Shown: positions 19,204 to 29,380 of the stretch, piece after piece
How the letters are laid out: the number at the start of each line of letters is the position of its first letter
Position numbering within the stretch: the stretch's first letter is position 1
NCBI GenBank assembly: GCA_965224085.1
Contig: CBDCYI010000005.1
Span: 1,760,001 to 1,824,000 of the forward strand
Direction of reading: 5' to 3'
Source: Candidatus Marinacidobacterales bacterium
Lineage (GTDB): Bacteria > Acidobacteriota > Vicinamibacteria > Marinacidobacterales > SMYC01
DNA: 64,000 nucleotides
Notes under the pieces: model-generated
What the model saw: only the letters and a program-made list of their open reading frames with translations
Database searches by the model: none
What the model was told of the DNA's origin: nothing
Translations under genes and position numbers: made by a program

Positions 19204-20414
19204 ACAAGCTTCCCGAAACGCTCGGCGCGCGTGCGCCGAACGGGAGCGACCCGCGGATCGACGGTCTCGTCCCTTCCCTCGTGCTCGAGCCCGAGGATGC
19301 CGCTGCGACGGCCGAAGCCTTAGCACTTTGCCATCAAGAGTCGATGGCAGCGATCCCGATAGGAGGCGGAACGCGTCTCGAGCTCGGCAACGTTCCCACC
19401 AGGCTGGACGCGTACCTCAAGACATCGGCTCTGACGGGGATCGAGGATCACATTCCAGGAGATCTAACCGCCGTTGCGCGCGCCGGCACAACGCTCGGCG
19501 AGACCCAGAAACAGCTGCGCGAGGCGCAACAGTACCTCCCACTCGACGTGCCGCATCCCGACGACGCCACCATCGGCGGCATCTTCGCGCTCGGCGAGCC
19601 AGGGCTTCGCCGGAGGCCAGGCGCCCGCCCGCGCGATCTCCTGCTCGGCTTCGAGGGCGTTCTCGCCAATGGCACGCCTTTCAAGGCGGGCGGCCGGGTC
19701 GTCAAGAATGTTGCTGGCTACGAGCTGACGAAGCTCTTCGTCGGCTCCGCCGGCACGCTCGCCGTCATGACGCGGGCATTTCTCCGGCTCCGGGCGTTGC
19801 CGGAGGAAGTCACAACCGTGACGATTCGAGCCCGCCGCCCGCGCGGCATCGCCGCTGCATGGCGCGAGCTTCGAAGCTTGCCGCTCCCGCCAGAAATTGC
19901 CGTGGCCTTGAACCCGACCTATGCCGAGAGCCACGGTTTGCACGAGTGGAATCTTCTTCTTCGCTTCGAGGGGCTTCACGAAGAGATGCGCGGCGTGCAG
20001 AAAGACGTTCGAGAACGATTCCACGCCGAAGTCTTGCCGGACGACAAGAATCCTTGGAACGCGATACGTGATTTCCCGAAAAGCGACGCCGCACTCGTGC
20101 TGCGTGGCCAAGCGGCACCCGCACGGACGATCCCGCTCGCAGAAAGCTGGCAAGATGGAGGTGCGCTCATTGCTTATCCGGATTCGGGAATCGTCTACAG
20201 CCACACGGCGGACCCAGAGGCGCTTTCCGACCGGCGCGAACGAGCGGAGGAGAATGGTGCCGCGGTCGTGATCGAAAAAGCGCCGTTAGAGATGAAACAA
20301 GAGCTCGATGTCTACGGAGAAACGCCAGGAGGCTATGAGCTCATGAGACGTATCAAGGAGAAGCTGGACCCGAAGGGTATTCTTTCTCCTGGGCGCTTCG
20401 TTGGCAGAATCTAA
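19194..20414 (+). CDS. glcE: Glycolate oxidase FAD-binding subunit
   Basis: GGRVVKNVAGYEL, GSAGTL, DPKGILSPG. Confidence 0.9.
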   Translation: MDLNKLPETLGARAPNGSDPRIDGLVPSLVLEPEDAAATAEALALCHQESMAAIPIGGGTRLELGNVPTRLDAYLKTSALTGIEDHIPGDLTAVARAGTTLGETQKQLREAQQYLPLDVPHPDDATIGGIFALGEPGLRRRPGARPRDLLLGFEGVLANGTPFKAGGRVVKNVAGYELTKLFVGSAGTLAVMTRAFLRLRALPEEVTTVTIRARRPRGIAAAWRELRSLPLPPEIAVALNPTYAESHGLHEWNLLLRFEGLHEEMRGVQKDVRERFHAEVLPDDKNPWNAIRDFPKSDAALVLRGQAAPARTIPLAESWQDGGALIAYPDSGIVYSHTADPEALSDRRERAEENGAAVVIEKAPLEMKQELDVYGETPGGYELMRRIKEKLDPKGILSPGRFVGRI

Positions 20415-21664
20415 TGATTGAAACCTCTCTCTACAACAAGACGCTCTCCTGCGTCCATTGCGGCTTGTGTTTGCCGGCGTGTCCGGCATACGAAGCCCAG
20501 CCGCGCGAGTCGCTCGCGCCACGGGGACAGGTCTATAACGTCCGCGCGCTGCTCGAAGGCCGCCTGGCTTTGACGGAGGATCTCGCGGCGGAGGTCTACG
20601 GGTGCCTCGCCTGCCGCGGGTGCGAGACCGTCTGTCCCGCCGGCGTTCCTGTCGGCGCGATCATGGAGGAGGCGCGTGGGCTGATTACCGAACAGGCGAA
20701 AGAAAGCCCGTGGCTCCGTTGGTCCAAACGGATTTTGCTCGGCGGCGTGCTGGCCCATCCGTGGCGCCTTTCGTTGTTTATGACTCTCGCCCGACTCGGC
20801 GAAGCGCTTGGGGCGAGGCGGCTCGTCGCGATGTTGTCGCCGGCACTGGCGGAGCGGCAAGCTCTGCTCCCCGCGATTCCGAAACGTACCGTTTTGCCGG
20901 AGCGCCTAATGCTGTCGGGCGAGCCGCGCGGGCGGGTGGCACTGTTTTCTGGCTGCATCGCTGCTCATCTGTTCGGTGACGTCAACGAAGCGACGGCGCG
21001 CGTGCTTCAGCGAAACGGCTACGAGGTCGTCGTGCCCAAGGCGCAGACGTGTTGCGGCGCGCTACATCTTCATAACGGCCTTCCGAATACCGGCCGCGAG
21101 CTTGCGCGGAAGAACATCGAAGCCTTCGGCGACCTTGAGGCGATTGTCGTGAACGCCGCAGGGTGCGGTGCCGCGCTCACGGAATATGGCGAGCTTCTCG
21201 AGGGCGACGCGCGCGCGAAAGATTTTGCCGCGCGCGTGGTCGACGTTTCGGCTTTCCTCGTCCGCGAAGGATTCGAAGCGCCGAAGCCGTCGCCATCGAC
21301 GCGCGCAAAGCGAGTCGCCTATGACGCACCGTGCCATCTCTTCCATGCGCAAGGTGTGAAGAGCGAGCCGAGAGAGCTTTTGTCGCAAGTACCTGGCGTC
21401 GAGCTCGTGGACTACCCAGATTCGGAGCGTTGCTGCGGGAGCGCGGGCATCTACAACGTCACGCATTACGACATGTCGATGGATGTGCTTGAGAGCAAGA
21501 TGAAGGACATCATTCCCGCGCGACCGGACGTCATCGCTACGGGGAATCCGGGATGTCACATGCAGCTTTCGGAAGGCGTGCGTCGGGCCGCGCTGCGTAC
21601 GGAGGTCGTGCACCCGGTAGTTCTCTTGGATCGTGCCTACGCGGAAGAGGAGCCAACCTACTAG
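20414..21664 (+). CDS. glcF: Glycolate oxidase iron-sulfur subunit
   Basis: CVHCGLCLPAC, CLACRGCETVCP, two CCG domains. Confidence 0.92.
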   Translation: MIETSLYNKTLSCVHCGLCLPACPAYEAQPRESLAPRGQVYNVRALLEGRLALTEDLAAEVYGCLACRGCETVCPAGVPVGAIMEEARGLITEQAKESPWLRWSKRILLGGVLAHPWRLSLFMTLARLGEALGARRLVAMLSPALAERQALLPAIPKRTVLPERLMLSGEPRGRVALFSGCIAAHLFGDVNEATARVLQRNGYEVVVPKAQTCCGALHLHNGLPNTGRELARKNIEAFGDLEAIVVNAAGCGAALTEYGELLEGDARAKDFAARVVDVSAFLVREGFEAPKPSPSTRAKRVAYDAPCHLFHAQGVKSEPRELLSQVPGVELVDYPDSERCCGSAGIYNVTHYDMSMDVLESKMKDIIPARPDVIATGNPGCHMQLSEGVRRAALRTEVVHPVVLLDRAYAEEEPTY

Positions 21665-21833
21665 AGCTCGTCGAAGGGCCAACGCTCGCCGAAAAGATCG
21701 CGCAGGGACCGGTCACCGGATGGACGCGAGTTGTTCTTCCAGCCCGCAACACCAGCTCCCGACCGTTGCGGTTCATACGGACCCCCCCTTCGCGGTAGGA
21801 AAGTCCGAGGTCTTGTTCGAGACAACGTATTAC
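21661..21833 (+). pseudogene. Collapsed remnant of a Ser/Thr kinase-PD40 propeller gene
   Basis: LELVEGPTLAEKIAQGP (21661-21711), SPDGRELFF (21713-21739) and VAVHTDPPFAVGKSEVLFE (from 21765) in three frames. Confidence 0.7.
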
Positions 21834-21907
21834 AGGTGCTCAAAAACGGACGCGGTTGGGACGAGAACGCTGCCTCGATCAGGGTTCGCTGATGGTACAC
21901 TATACAC

Positions 21908-22147
21908 ATGAAACGTACGAATCTTGTGCTTGATGAGGAGTTGTTAGAGGAGGCCACTCGGCTGAGCGGTGAGAGAACTTACTCTGCTGCTGTGAATCAG
22001 GCGCTTCGAGACTATGTTCGGCGGGCGAAGGCGAACCGCATCCTGGAGCTTGCTGGAACCGGCTTGTGGGAAGGTGATCTTTCGGAAATGAGGCGTGACA
22101 GGGGCTCGGCTTCGAAGTCACGAAGACCGCGTCGTGGTACTCGTTGA
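21908..22147 (+). CDS. VapB-family antitoxin
   Basis: MKRTNLVLDEELLEEA RHH-type N-terminus; overlaps a PIN gene. Confidence 0.88.
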   Translation: MKRTNLVLDEELLEEATRLSGERTYSAAVNQALRDYVRRAKANRILELAGTGLWEGDLSEMRRDRGSASKSRRPRRGTR

Positions 22148-22523
22148 CACGTCGATCTGGATCGAAGTCTTCAAGAAACCGCCCGGGCTGGATCTGACAG
22201 CGTTGGTCGACATCGACGAAGTGGCGGTCTGCCTCCCGGTGATTCAGGAAGTGCTTCAGGGGTTCCGTGAAGAACGCGCGTTCGACGTAGCGCGCGAAGC
22301 CATGCTCTCTTTTCTCATCGTGGAATCTCCGTTGGTCGAGACCGTTTTTCTCGAGGGCGCTTCACTGTACCGGAGCGCGCGACGCCACGGCAAGACGATT
22401 CGCTCCGGCGTGGACTGCCTCATCGCTGCCTGCGCGATTCGAAACGGCCTCGAAATCCTGCATCGCGATCGAGACTTCATCGCGCTCGCCGAAGTCTCCG
22501 CTCTGAAGGAGCGTTCACTGTGA
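22134..22523 (+). CDS. VapC-family PIN toxin
   Basis: VLVDTSIW, QEVLQG, DCLIAA, HRDRDF. Confidence 0.92.
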   Translation: MVLVDTSIWIEVFKKPPGLDLTALVDIDEVAVCLPVIQEVLQGFREERAFDVAREAMLSFLIVESPLVETVFLEGASLYRSARRHGKTIRSGVDCLIAACAIRNGLEILHRDRDFIALAEVSALKERSL

Positions 22524-22797
22524 GCGAGTGGTACGACTTCTTGTCCTCGCTGCTGTTCGAAGGAGAACTTTCGCGGACACGGTCGGCGGAACACCGGTGC
22601 TGGTCCATCTTCTCTTTGCCGTAGTCCATCTCTGCCTATAGAGGTTATGGGCTTGCAGAGAGTCTGATATTAGTGGCGCTTCGATCGCCGCCGAGCCCGT
22701 AGGGGTCGGCGTGATGAAACGGCAGCCCACGACGCTTACTCCTCACCGTGAAGCGCCGCGGATCGATGGTTTCGGCAGCTCTCGCCATACGTTCCTC

Positions 22798-23766
22798 CTA
22801 CGGCTTCAGAATCAGCTTCCCGCTCGTCTTTCTCCCCTCGAGCAAGCGATGCGCCTCCGCCGCTTCCGCGAGCGGGAGCTCGCGATCGATGGCGACGTCG
22901 AGCTCGGCCCGCTCGACCCAACGCAGGACGTCACCGGCGCGCTGGAGAAGCTCTTCACGGTCGAGCATGTAGTGCGCGAGCGTCGGCCTCGTGATGAAAA
23001 GCGACCCTCCCGCGCCGAGCTTGGTGAGATCGAAAGGCGGGACCGGGCCGCTAGACTGGCCGTAGAGCGCGAGCACTCCACGCGGGCGCAAACAGCGCAA
23101 ACTCTTCTCGAAAGTCGTTTGCCCGACCGAGTCGTAGACCGCGTGCAGACCTTCTCCATCGGTCGCGTCGCGAACAGCCTCCTCGAAATCCTCGTCCGTA
23201 TACCGAATAACGACGTCGACCCCGGCACCCTTGGCCGCTTCCGCCTTGGCTTCCGTTGACACCGTGCCGAAAACCCTAGCGCCGCGCCGTTTCGCCATCT
23301 GCGCAAGCAGTAGCCCGACCCCTCCCGCGGCCGCATGCACGAGCACACTGTGGCCGGCCTCGATAGGAAACGTGGTGTGCGAGAGATAGTGGGCGGTCAT
23401 CCCTTGAAGCGTGATCGCGGCGCCAAGCGAGCTCGAAACGCTGTCCGGGACTGGCACGAGCTTCCACGCCGGTACGACCGCCATCTCGGCATAGGCCCCG
23501 GGCGTCATGGCATATGCGACGCGGTCGCCCGACCGCACTTCGCGGACACCCGAGCCCACGGATTCGACGAACCCCGCGGCCTCTCGCCCGAGGGTAAACG
23601 GAGTCTTCTGCGGATAGAGCCCCGTCCGAGTATAGATATCGATGAAGTTGACCCCAATCGCCTCAACCCGCACGAGCGCTTCGCCCGCCCGCGGCTCCAC
23701 CAGAGCGATATCCTCGTACTGAAGCGCCTCCGCGCCCCCCGTCTGATGCACCCGAATAGCTTTCAT
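22798..23766 (-). CDS. qor: NADPH:quinone oxidoreductase (zeta-crystallin family)
   Basis: GVNFID, HAAAGGVG, YDSVG, GRKTSGKLIL. Confidence 0.92.
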   Translation of the reverse strand: MKAIRVHQTGGAEALQYEDIALVEPRAGEALVRVEAIGVNFIDIYTRTGLYPQKTPFTLGREAAGFVESVGSGVREVRSGDRVAYAMTPGAYAEMAVVPAWKLVPVPDSVSSSLGAAITLQGMTAHYLSHTTFPIEAGHSVLVHAAAGGVGLLLAQMAKRRGARVFGTVSTEAKAEAAKGAGVDVVIRYTDEDFEEAVRDATDGEGLHAVYDSVGQTTFEKSLRCLRPRGVLALYGQSSGPVPPFDLTKLGAGGSLFITRPTLAHYMLDREELLQRAGDVLRWVERAELDVAIDRELPLAEAAEAHRLLEGRKTSGKLILKP

Positions 23767-23907
23767 AGCGCACGAGTATATCAATGACCCCCAGCAGGAG
23801 GCCGAAAGCAGGCGGCCGCTCCCCCCGCACAAGTTGCTGCATCCGGGCCAGTTTGCTAGCATGACCTGTTTGGGCTGGCCGAGAGGTATGCAAACGAAAG
23901 ATCCAGC

Positions 23908-25014
23908 ATGGCGAATCTTCCTCTGGCGAACATCTTCAACCGCAAAACCCGCACCACGGTCGGTATTCTTGCGGTAGCTCTAGGTGTGGCGCTTTTGCTC
24001 GTGCTCGTGGGACTGGCCACGGGCAGTCTCAATGAGACGGCCGAGCGCATCATGAATGTCGGAGCCGATGTTCTCTTTCAGCCTCCGGATTCTTCGCCGT
24101 TTCTCGCTTTGAGCGCCGGTGTTATCGCCGAGCGCCTTTCTGAGCGGCTTCTCGAAGTAGAAGGAGTGGCTTCGGTGGCGCCGGTACTCGTCGGTTCGCT
24201 CACCAGATTGAAGGGGCAGAGCAAGGTCGTCATGATGTTCGGCGTGGACGAGGCGTCGTATAACCAAGTTGGCGTGGGCTTAGAGATTTTGGAGGGCCGC
24301 GGCCTTTTAAGACCGCTGGATCTCGTCATCGACACCGTGTTAGCCGAGGCGGATAACATTGTGGTCGGTGAGAAGATCAGAATCATGAACCGGGAGTTCG
24401 AAGTCTCCGGCATTTGTCGGGCGGGCGCGGGCGTACGCGTTTTCATGGCCATTTCCGACATGCAAGAGGCGACGGCACAAGCCGGAAAAGCTTCGTTTTT
24501 CTTTATCAAAGCCGCCGAGGGTGTCGTGGTGGACGACGTGAGCGTGTCGCTCAAAGAGCGCTTCGAAGGCTACAAAGTAACCGCGCTCGCGGGTTTTTCG
24601 GAAGCGATGAGGGAGAACGCGCTCGGGCTCAGAGAGTTCATCCGCGCGCTTTCGATCTTCGCAGCGCTCATCAGCTATCTAGTGATCCTGCTCGCAATGT
24701 ATACGACCATCATCGAGCGCACGCGCGAGATCGGGATTCTCAAAGCGCTCGGGGCGAGCAAGACCTACATCATTCGCCTCGTCATGGTGGAGTCGTTCTT
24801 CATCTGCGTGATGGGCGTCATTGTCGGCTTTTTGTTTTCCGTTCTCGGCCGCTGGGCCATCATTACGTCTTTTCCCACGCTTTCCGTGGATTTGATTCCT
24901 CAATCGTTCGCGATGTCAGCTATTCTAGGCATCACCGGAGGGCTCTTGGGGGCGCTCTATCCCGCCTATCGAGCGGCGAAGCTCGATCCGGTGGAAGCGC
25001 TAAATTTTGAGTAG
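23908..25014 (+). CDS. ABC transporter permease (MacB/FtsX family)
   Basis: ERTREIGILKALGA, PAYRAAKLDPVEAL. Confidence 0.92.
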   Translation: MANLPLANIFNRKTRTTVGILAVALGVALLLVLVGLATGSLNETAERIMNVGADVLFQPPDSSPFLALSAGVIAERLSERLLEVEGVASVAPVLVGSLTRLKGQSKVVMMFGVDEASYNQVGVGLEILEGRGLLRPLDLVIDTVLAEADNIVVGEKIRIMNREFEVSGICRAGAGVRVFMAISDMQEATAQAGKASFFFIKAAEGVVVDDVSVSLKERFEGYKVTALAGFSEAMRENALGLREFIRALSIFAALISYLVILLAMYTTIIERTREIGILKALGASKTYIIRLVMVESFFICVMGVIVGFLFSVLGRWAIITSFPTLSVDLIPQSFAMSAILGITGGLLGALYPAYRAAKLDPVEALNFE

Positions 25015-25033
25015 ACTCAACATCCTTTCATCC

Positions 25034-25768
25034 ATGTCGCAACGCGCCGCCGTCCTGAAGACCATAGCCCTCCGGAAAGTCTACCGGACCGGCTCCCTCG
25101 AAGTGCCTGCTCTTCAGGGCATCGACATCGAGATCAAAAAAGGCGAGTTCGTCTCGATCATGGGTCCTTCCGGCTGCGGCAAAACGACTTTGCTTCAGAT
25201 TCTCGGCGGATTGTCGAGCCCCACTTCGGGGCAGGTCTTCGTGGATGGCGTCGACCTTGCCGGCGTGTCCGATTCCGAGCGCACGCGACTTCGCTGCAAG
25301 AAGATTGGCTTCGTCTTTCAACGGTTCAACCTTCTTGCGACGCTCACCATCCAGGCGAATATCGAGATCGCGAGGCAGATTTATGGCGGGCCTTCGGTAA
25401 GCCGCGAGGAAGTAGGTGATCTGCTCGAAATCGTGCACTTGCGCCACAAGCTCGACTACAAACCGCTCGAGCTTTCGGTAGGCGAGCAGCAGCGCGTGGC
25501 GATTGCCAGAGCACTCGTGAACAATCCGGCCATGATTTTTGCCGACGAGCCCACCGGCAATCTCGACTCTCGCAACTCGGAGCAAGTGCTCCGGCTTCTC
25601 TCGGATTTGAATCGCGAGAAAAAGCAGACGATCGTCATGATCACGCATAATCCCGCGGCAGCGGAGATGAGCAACCGCATCATCGAGATGCTCGACGGGC
25701 AAGTCAAGAGCCAGGGCACCGTGGCCGAGCTCGTAGAGCCGGAACAAGCGCACTCTCAAGCGCGGTAG
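25034..25768 (+). CDS. ABC transporter ATP-binding protein (LolD-like)
   Basis: GPSGCGKT, LSVGEQQR, ADEPTGNLD. Confidence 0.93.
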   Translation: MSQRAAVLKTIALRKVYRTGSLEVPALQGIDIEIKKGEFVSIMGPSGCGKTTLLQILGGLSSPTSGQVFVDGVDLAGVSDSERTRLRCKKIGFVFQRFNLLATLTIQANIEIARQIYGGPSVSREEVGDLLEIVHLRHKLDYKPLELSVGEQQRVAIARALVNNPAMIFADEPTGNLDSRNSEQVLRLLSDLNREKKQTIVMITHNPAAAEMSNRIIEMLDGQVKSQGTVAELVEPEQAHSQAR

Positions 25769-25788
25769 ACTGCGTTCGGGGCAAGCTG

Positions 25789-26457
25789 ATGCCGAAACTC
25801 TGGTTGGTGCTCTTGTCGCTAGCGGCCGCGCCTGCTGCAGCCAATACAGCCAATACAGCCAGTACAGGTCGTCTCGATGAGATCCTCTACGAAATGCAGA
25901 AAGCGGGTGCCGAGCTCAAGACCCTTGCGGCCAATTTCGAGCAGACGGATCACGATTTCGTCCTCGAAGAACAGGAAGTCAGCCAGGGCCGCCTCTATCT
26001 GCGCCTTCCCGGACGCATCCGCTTCGAGCACCTTTCGCCGGCTCCCAAGGTCCTTCTCGTACGGGACGAGCGCGTGCGCCTCTACAACGCGACTTCCAAT
26101 CAAGTGATGGAGTTCGACCGGGGGAAAGGCGGCGGCTCGAGCGGCGCTGACCTTCTCGTCGGCTTCGGCACGAGCAACGACAAAATCGGCGAGAACTACG
26201 ACGCGAGCCTCGTCGAAGAGACCGATGACGCCGTCGTCTTGAAGCTCTTGCCCAAACCCGGTTCGGCCGCGTCGATGTTCGCGTCCCTCGAGCTCACGGT
26301 CGCCAAAAAGACCTGGACCCCGATACGCTCCGTGTTTCACGAGCACAACCGGGACCACACGGTCATCCGCTTCGAGAATACAATCATTAATGGCGTGCTT
26401 CCGAACGGCGCCTTCGAGCTCGACCTTCCGTCCAATGTCGAGATCATCCGGAACTGA
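25789..26457 (+). CDS. LolA-family outer membrane lipoprotein carrier
   Basis: Signal peptide; A.FEQ, G.LYL..PGRIRF pattern. Confidence 0.82.
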   Translation: MPKLWLVLLSLAAAPAAANTANTASTGRLDEILYEMQKAGAELKTLAANFEQTDHDFVLEEQEVSQGRLYLRLPGRIRFEHLSPAPKVLLVRDERVRLYNATSNQVMEFDRGKGGGSSGADLLVGFGTSNDKIGENYDASLVEETDDAVVLKLLPKPGSAASMFASLELTVAKKTWTPIRSVFHEHNRDHTVIRFENTIINGVLPNGAFELDLPSNVEIIRN

Positions 26458-26460
26458 ACA

Positions 26461-27496
26461 ATGAAGTGGAGCAACAAGGCAAAGATCCGGGTGCACGAGC
26501 TCTGGAAAATTGGGAGCGGTCTTATCTCGACGAAACATCCGGTGCTCGCGCACATCGTTCCGATGCGGCGCTGCAACTTGGCTTGTACTTATTGCAACGA
26601 GTACGACGACTTTTCCCCGCCCGTTCCGATCGAAGAGATGCTGCGCCGCGTCGACAGCCTCGGGGATCTCGGGCGTCTATCGTCACCATCAGCGGTGGAG
26701 AGCCGACGCTCCACCCCGAGTTCGATGCGATCATCGCGCGCATCCGAAAGCGGGGCATGATCGCCGGGCTCATCACGAACGGCTACTTTCTGACGCCCGA
26801 GCGCATCCAGAGCTCAACGCCGCCGGGCTTCAGCATCTTCAGATCAGCATCGATAACGTCCAGCCGGATCCAGTTTCGAAGAAGTCCTTGAAGGTCCTGG
26901 AATCCAAACTCCGCAATCTCGCCGAACATGCCGAGTTCTTCGTGAACATCAACTCGGTCATCGGCAGCGGCATCGACCAGCCCGAGGACGCTGTGGAGGT
27001 CGCGAACCGCGCCGTGGAGCTAGGCTTTTCGACGACACTCGGCATCATTCATGACGGCGCTGGCAAGCTCGTTCCTCTCAGCGCTCGCGAGATGTTGCTC
27101 TACGATCGGCTGCGCCAGCAGGGAAAGAAGAGCTACGCGCGCTTCATGGGCTTTCGTAAGGATCTCGCCCACGGCAAACCCCATAGCTGGCGGTGCCGTA
27201 CCGGCGGGCGCTATCTCTACATTTGCGAGGACGGTCTTGTCCACCTCTGCTCCCAACAACGCGGTTATCCCGGGACAGGGCTCGCGGAGTACACGAAAGA
27301 AGATCTCTCGCGCGAGTTCGACAAGCCCAAGACGTGCGCGCGCTACTGCACCGTCGCTTGCGTCCAGATCGTCGGCTTGTTCGATAATTGGCGCGCCCCG
27401 CAAAAAGGCGATCCTTACATGTCTCGACGCGCGGAAGATCCCAAGCCCGCGATGGCGGCGCCCTTGCCGGCCGAACGAGAGCACCAGCAAGTCTAG
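26461..27496 (+). pseudogene. Radical SAM protein with two apparent 1-nt frameshifts (about 26672 and 26810; possibly assembly errors)
   Basis: CNLACTYC, then [14 protein letters not shown], then LQISID..C-terminal Cys cluster, in three successive frames. Confidence 0.8.
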
Positions 27497-27530
27497 CCTC
27501 CGTTTCCGCGGCTATACTGGATGGTCAGAA

Positions 27531-29336
27531 ATGGACTTCCAGAAAAAGGTCGATGAGCTCCCCCAAAGCTCGGGCGTCTACATGTTCCGTGGACAAGGTG
27601 GCGAGATTCTCTATGTCGGCAAAGCCCGCTCGCTTCGAAGCCGGGTGCGCTCGTACTTCCAGGTCGCGCGGGTCGAGAGCCCGCGTCTCGACCGCCTCGT
27701 GGAGCGCGTTGTTGATGTCGACGTCGTCGTCACAGATACCGAGCGCGAGGCACTCGTGCTCGAGAACAGCCTCATCAAGACGCACAAGCCGCGCTACAAC
27801 GTTCTTCTTCGCGACGACAAGAACCATCCTTACTTGAAGCTCACGCTGGACGAAGGTTACCCGCGTCTCTATATCGTGCGCCATCCCGGCTCGGACGGCG
27901 CGGTCTATTCCGGGCCCTACGTTCCCGCGAGCCTCGCCCGCAAGACCGCGAATCTCGTCCACCGGCTCTTCGGCATACGCAACTGCCGGGAGAAGCTGAA
28001 CGGAAAGAGGCCGCGGCCCTGTTTGCAATATCAGATCAAGCGGTGCATCGCGCCTTGTGTCGACGACATCGTGAGCCTCGAGACCTATCGCAACGCTGCC
28101 GAGGACGCCAAGCTCTTTCTCGAAGGCAAGAACGACGATTTGATCGCCTCGCTCAAAGGGAAGATGTATGCCGAGGCGGAGGTGGAACGTTTCGAGGAAG
28201 CGGCGCGGCTTCGCGACAACGTGAGCATGCTCGAGGATCTCGGCATCCGCCAGAAGATGGCCGGTGTGCGCGGGAGCGAAAGCGACGTCTTCGGCCTCTA
28301 CCGAGAGGGTGAGAACGCCGTGCTACAAGTTTTTTCGGTGCGCTCGGGGAAAGTCGTCGATCGCGACAGCTTTCTTCTCGAGGAGCTCGAATTGCAGGAG
28401 GACGCGGAGCTCGTCGAAGCATCGCTGAAACAATATTACGAGCTTGGCCGGTTCCTTCCTTCTACGATCCACCTTCCGTACGATTTCCCCGAGCGCGCGC
28501 TCGTGGCGGACTGGCTGAGCTCAAAAAAGGGCGCGAAAGTGGAGGTCCTCGTTCCGAAGAAAGGCGGCAAGCGAAGGCTCGTCGAGCTCGTCAACAGGAA
28601 CGCGCGGCTCGCCTACGAGCTCGATTTCCGAGAAGAAGGCCGTCAGACCAACCGACGGCTCGAAGCCCTCCGCGACTTGCTCGAGCTCGTGGACAAGCCC
28701 GAGCGTATCGAAGGCTTCGATATTTCGAACATCCAGGGAAGCGAGGTCGTGGCCTCGATGGTTACTTTCGAGCGCGGCCAGCCCAAGAGGAGCGATTACC
28801 GGAAATACAAGATCCGGTCGATCGAAAAGGGCAAGCCCGACGACTTCGCTGCGATGCGCGAAGTAGTGCTAAGGCGTTACCGCCGGGTGCTCGAGCAAGG
28901 TGACGAGCTTCCCGACCTCGTTTTGATCGATGGAGGTAAAGGCCAGCTGAGCGCGGCTCTCGACGCGCTCGAGGAGCTCGGCCTCTCCCATTTGCCGATG
29001 GTGAGCCTCGCCAAGAAAGAAGAGCGGATTTTCCGGCCCGAGGCGCCCGAGCCGATCGTGCTCGACCAGCATTCGCCGGCGCGGCAGCTTCTCCAGCGCG
29101 TCCGCGATGAAGCGCATCGCTTCGCGGTCACCTTCCACCGGCAGCAGCGGAAAGCTCGCGACATGAGCTCGTCACTCGAGTCCATCCCCGGTGTGGGCCC
29201 CAAAAAACGCCGACGGCTACTAACGCGGTTCAAAAGCCTGAAGGGTGTGAAAGCGGCAGAACTCGAGGAACTTCAAGAGCTTCTCGGTGAAAGACTAGGC
29301 GCCCAAGTACACCAAAACCTCCGCGAACTGCTCTAG
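27531..29336 (+). CDS. uvrC: Excinuclease ABC subunit C
   Basis: GVY..YVGKA GIY-YIG, FDISN, DGGKGQ, RDEAHRFA, HhH. Confidence 0.97.
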   Translation: MDFQKKVDELPQSSGVYMFRGQGGEILYVGKARSLRSRVRSYFQVARVESPRLDRLVERVVDVDVVVTDTEREALVLENSLIKTHKPRYNVLLRDDKNHPYLKLTLDEGYPRLYIVRHPGSDGAVYSGPYVPASLARKTANLVHRLFGIRNCREKLNGKRPRPCLQYQIKRCIAPCVDDIVSLETYRNAAEDAKLFLEGKNDDLIASLKGKMYAEAEVERFEEAARLRDNVSMLEDLGIRQKMAGVRGSESDVFGLYREGENAVLQVFSVRSGKVVDRDSFLLEELELQEDAELVEASLKQYYELGRFLPSTIHLPYDFPERALVADWLSSKKGAKVEVLVPKKGGKRRLVELVNRNARLAYELDFREEGRQTNRRLEALRDLLELVDKPERIEGFDISNIQGSEVVASMVTFERGQPKRSDYRKYKIRSIEKGKPDDFAAMREVVLRRYRRVLEQGDELPDLVLIDGGKGQLSAALDALEELGLSHLPMVSLAKKEERIFRPEAPEPIVLDQHSPARQLLQRVRDEAHRFAVTFHRQQRKARDMSSSLESIPGVGPKKRRRLLTRFKSLKGVKAAELEELQELLGERLGAQVHQNLRELL

Positions 29337-29380
29337 CTTTTGTGCTAGTGTCCAACATTAACAGTGCATCTCAGCACATT

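Noticed and set aside
21795-21815. GGAAAGTCCGAG resembling the RNase P RNA 5' motif
   Set aside because: No other RNase P elements; it lies in the kinase-PD40 remnant frame (GKSE).
25837-25861. Short tandem GCCAATACA repeat in the lolA-like gene (and 9-10 bp duplications near 31808 and 31920)
   Set aside because: Small slippage duplications in linker regions with no evident function.
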